A stretch of 64,000 bases of DNA from Octopus bimaculoides (taxonomy: Eukaryota): the NCBI RefSeq assembly GCF_001194135.2, contig NC_068985.1, positions 106,473,516-106,537,515 of the forward strand, written 5' to 3'. The position numbers were made by a program, and so were the translations under genes. How positions within the stretch are numbered: position 1 is the first letter of the stretch; the number at the start of each line of letters is the position of its first letter. The notes beneath the pieces are model-generated. The model saw nothing but the letters and a program-made list of their open reading frames with translations. It did no database searches and was not told the origin of the DNA. Below, one piece after another: positions 61,301 through 64,000 of the stretch.

Positions 61301-62804
61301 ATAAAATGTATTTTAAAAACTTTTACATCTACACGCTGTTTTAATTAGTTTGATTAATGATTATTAATAAGTGTCTTATTCCTGGATATGTGTGTAGCAT
61401 GAGATTGGAATCGAACTTGGAATCCTTATTTCTAAACCAAAGGTAGTAATTTTGTTATCAACTAGGCCCAGTGGTTTCAAAACTGCGAAATAGCTACCCC
61501 GTCATTTGAATATTTTATAAAAAATTTTACCTCTCTTCACTTCCTTCTTTGGAGATAAAACAGAGTTTGAATCTTCATAATTCTTTTTTCTTTGCTATGG
61601 AACAGGAGTTTAAAACATTCGACCTTTTCCATACTAACTTGCCCTATACTGTCCTGGTTCTATGATATAAGCTTCCTGTTTTAAAGTGAACTAAATCAAA
61701 CATTCCATCAGAATTTCATGTTATGTTCCAAAACCCAGCTTAATAATGACAAAGTTATTTTACTAAATTCTTCATTATTTTCAAAATTAATTGAAATAAA
61801 GACAGTGTATTCGAACAGAAATATAGTAACATGAAGGGTAATACCATCTTAATTTTAGTCAATGTAATTTGTCCCACATCCACCTTTCAATCCTCCATAG
61901 GGTCAGGGAGGCCCTCCCCCATCCCACCACCAATAAGAAACACTGCAATAGGCTACAGATGCATGATCTGGTGTAAACCACATCATGCATCAAAATCTCT
62001 AAAAAAAGCAATGAGTAAACAACTGTGTTTGTAATTGAAGATTAATGAAATAATAACTGTATTAAGTTGACAATATAATAGCTCTGTCCTCTCCACAAAT
62101 GTGATAATTCACTGACAAAGAAGCAGAGTTAAAACATCTTTATTGACTTTCATGTACATAACAAAAAAATAATTTTAAAAAGTTAAATAAAAAAATGTTT
62201 AAAACAAAAAAAAAGACGTTTTGATATTTTTATTAAGTTGTTTTTTTTCCAGTTTTTTTAGTAAAAAAAAATGTATTATTTATTTATATTTCATGAAAAT
62301 ATGAGCATTAAGTAAAAAGTGCTGCAAACACTGATGTTAAAACTTGTTGAAGATCTGAAATTAAGGGCAAACTCTCCACCTAGACACCATGCCCCAAGGA
62401 TCTAACTGAGAAGGAGGGGGTAAAGGTGGAAGGTGGAGAGGAAAGAGGAAGATCTAACAATTTATGGAGATAGCAGAGCAAAGGGAAGGTGTGGGTGTTA
62501 GGAAATAATTATGGGTACTCGTGGGAAGAAGGAAAGAAGATTCCAATTTCAATTGGAGAATATGAAAAAAATATATATATAAATAAATAAAACAAATCAT
62601 CTTTAATCAAAAGTAAACAAGATAAGCCTAAGGAAGAGGAGGATATATTGTTTTTCCAATGATTAAAAATATTTTCATAGATCTTTCTAGAATAGTAAAG
62701 TGGTCAAAGAGCCAAGAACAAAAGTGTGTATGTGTGTATATGGAGAGAGAAGAGAGTGGCAATCTATAATGAATTTACTGTAAGTACAATCAATAAAAAT
62801 TAAA

Positions 62805-62849
<45 letters not shown>

Positions 62850-63738
62850 TAGACCGAGATGAAGGAGAGACCAAAATTTCAGGCATGACCATGTTGAAAA
62901 TGTTAGTTTCAATTTTCACTCCATGCACAACAATCTAAAAAACACCACTCCAGTTTGTATCTCCAATCTGATTCTTGATGATGTGAATCATCACAAGACA
63001 ACCAATTCTAATTACTACTCTACACTATTAACACTGTCTAGTCACTGTTAGATGACTGAAGACAATCTCTGGATTTTCTTGAGTCACATTTCAGATAAAT
63101 ACTATTTGTGAATTTACCCCAAGATTGCCCAGTAAATGTAATAAGGCTTTGCAGAGCACACATGTACAAATATAGAAAGTAAAACAAAACAGACAATTTT
63201 CAGCCAGAATATATAAAGAAGACATTGTAAGTGAGAGGTGCCAATTGTCTGTTGTTGTACTGCAGAGGTGAGTATGTCTCACTGGGGTTACACACCTAAA
63301 TTTCTTCTGCTTAAAGAGTGAAAACATTTACAGTCCTTACCTACTCTTTTTGTATGAGATTTACTAATTGAAGCAGCGAGTGCTAGACGATACTTCTATG
63401 ACAGCCATCGTTATTGTAGTGGTGCTGCTGTTTGCAATTATTATGATTATTATTACCATTGGTAATTATTATAATACTGTCTTATTACTATACTAATGAT
63501 AAATGTGCTAATGCATAATTATTATTATTATGGTTGTTGTTCTTATCATTATCATAACAACAAGATTGATTCACTGAACTATACGTCTCCCCTACAAACT
63601 GTTTAACCTTTCAACAATCAGATAATTATCAATATTAATATCATAGTAGAAGTAGAGGTAACATTAGTAGAAGTAACAGTGAGTGAAACTAGTAGCAAAA
63701 AAATTAACTTTGACCAAGTTACATGACTTACTGAGGTG

Positions 63739-63777
<39 letters not shown>

Positions 63778-64000
63778 AAGAGAAAACAAGGAACAACAGA
63801 CAATAATAAAAAAAAGTGCTTTCTGTCATTTTTCAAAAGTGCAACAAAAGTGTGCAACAAATAGTTAACAAAGGTGAGTGATAAGTAAAGAAATGACAAT
63901 ACACAGACAAAAAAAGAAAACAGGAAACAATTTTAAATAAAATAAAAAAATATAGATTATTATTATTATTATTATTGTCATTATCATTATTATTATTATT

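Overview
AT-rich, repeat-dominated animal genomic DNA from a draft assembly with nine N-gaps. The SINE/LINE families and the density of (TA)n/(CA)n/(TAGA)n/(TAA)n microsatellites are most consistent with an octopus or other coleoid cephalopod (inference). Almost all ORFs in the supplied track are microsatellite or TE artefacts. The only reasonably supported host-gene feature is a probable first coding exon of a minus-strand gene (852-936) next to a CpG-retaining promoter (~1080-1230) that may be bidirectional; other host exons are only weak candidates. Recognisable mobile DNA: tRNA-derived SINEs of at least three families, RTE LINE fragments, a CR1-group LINE, an R4/Dong-type RLE LINE inserted in (TAA)n, a 996-bp solo LTR with a 4-bp TSD, Tc1/mariner fragments, piggyBac- and hAT-like MITEs, a decayed Helitron RepHel fragment, and several Penelope-like element (PLE) pieces with hammerhead-ribozyme remnants. 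The most unusual object is the decayed PLE at 49215-51905. Its GIY-YIG endonuclease is split by an apparently in-frame ~180-codon Thr/Ser/Asp-rich, internally duplicated insertion between the GIY and YIG strands. All family assignments come from manual translation and motif recall; no searches were run.
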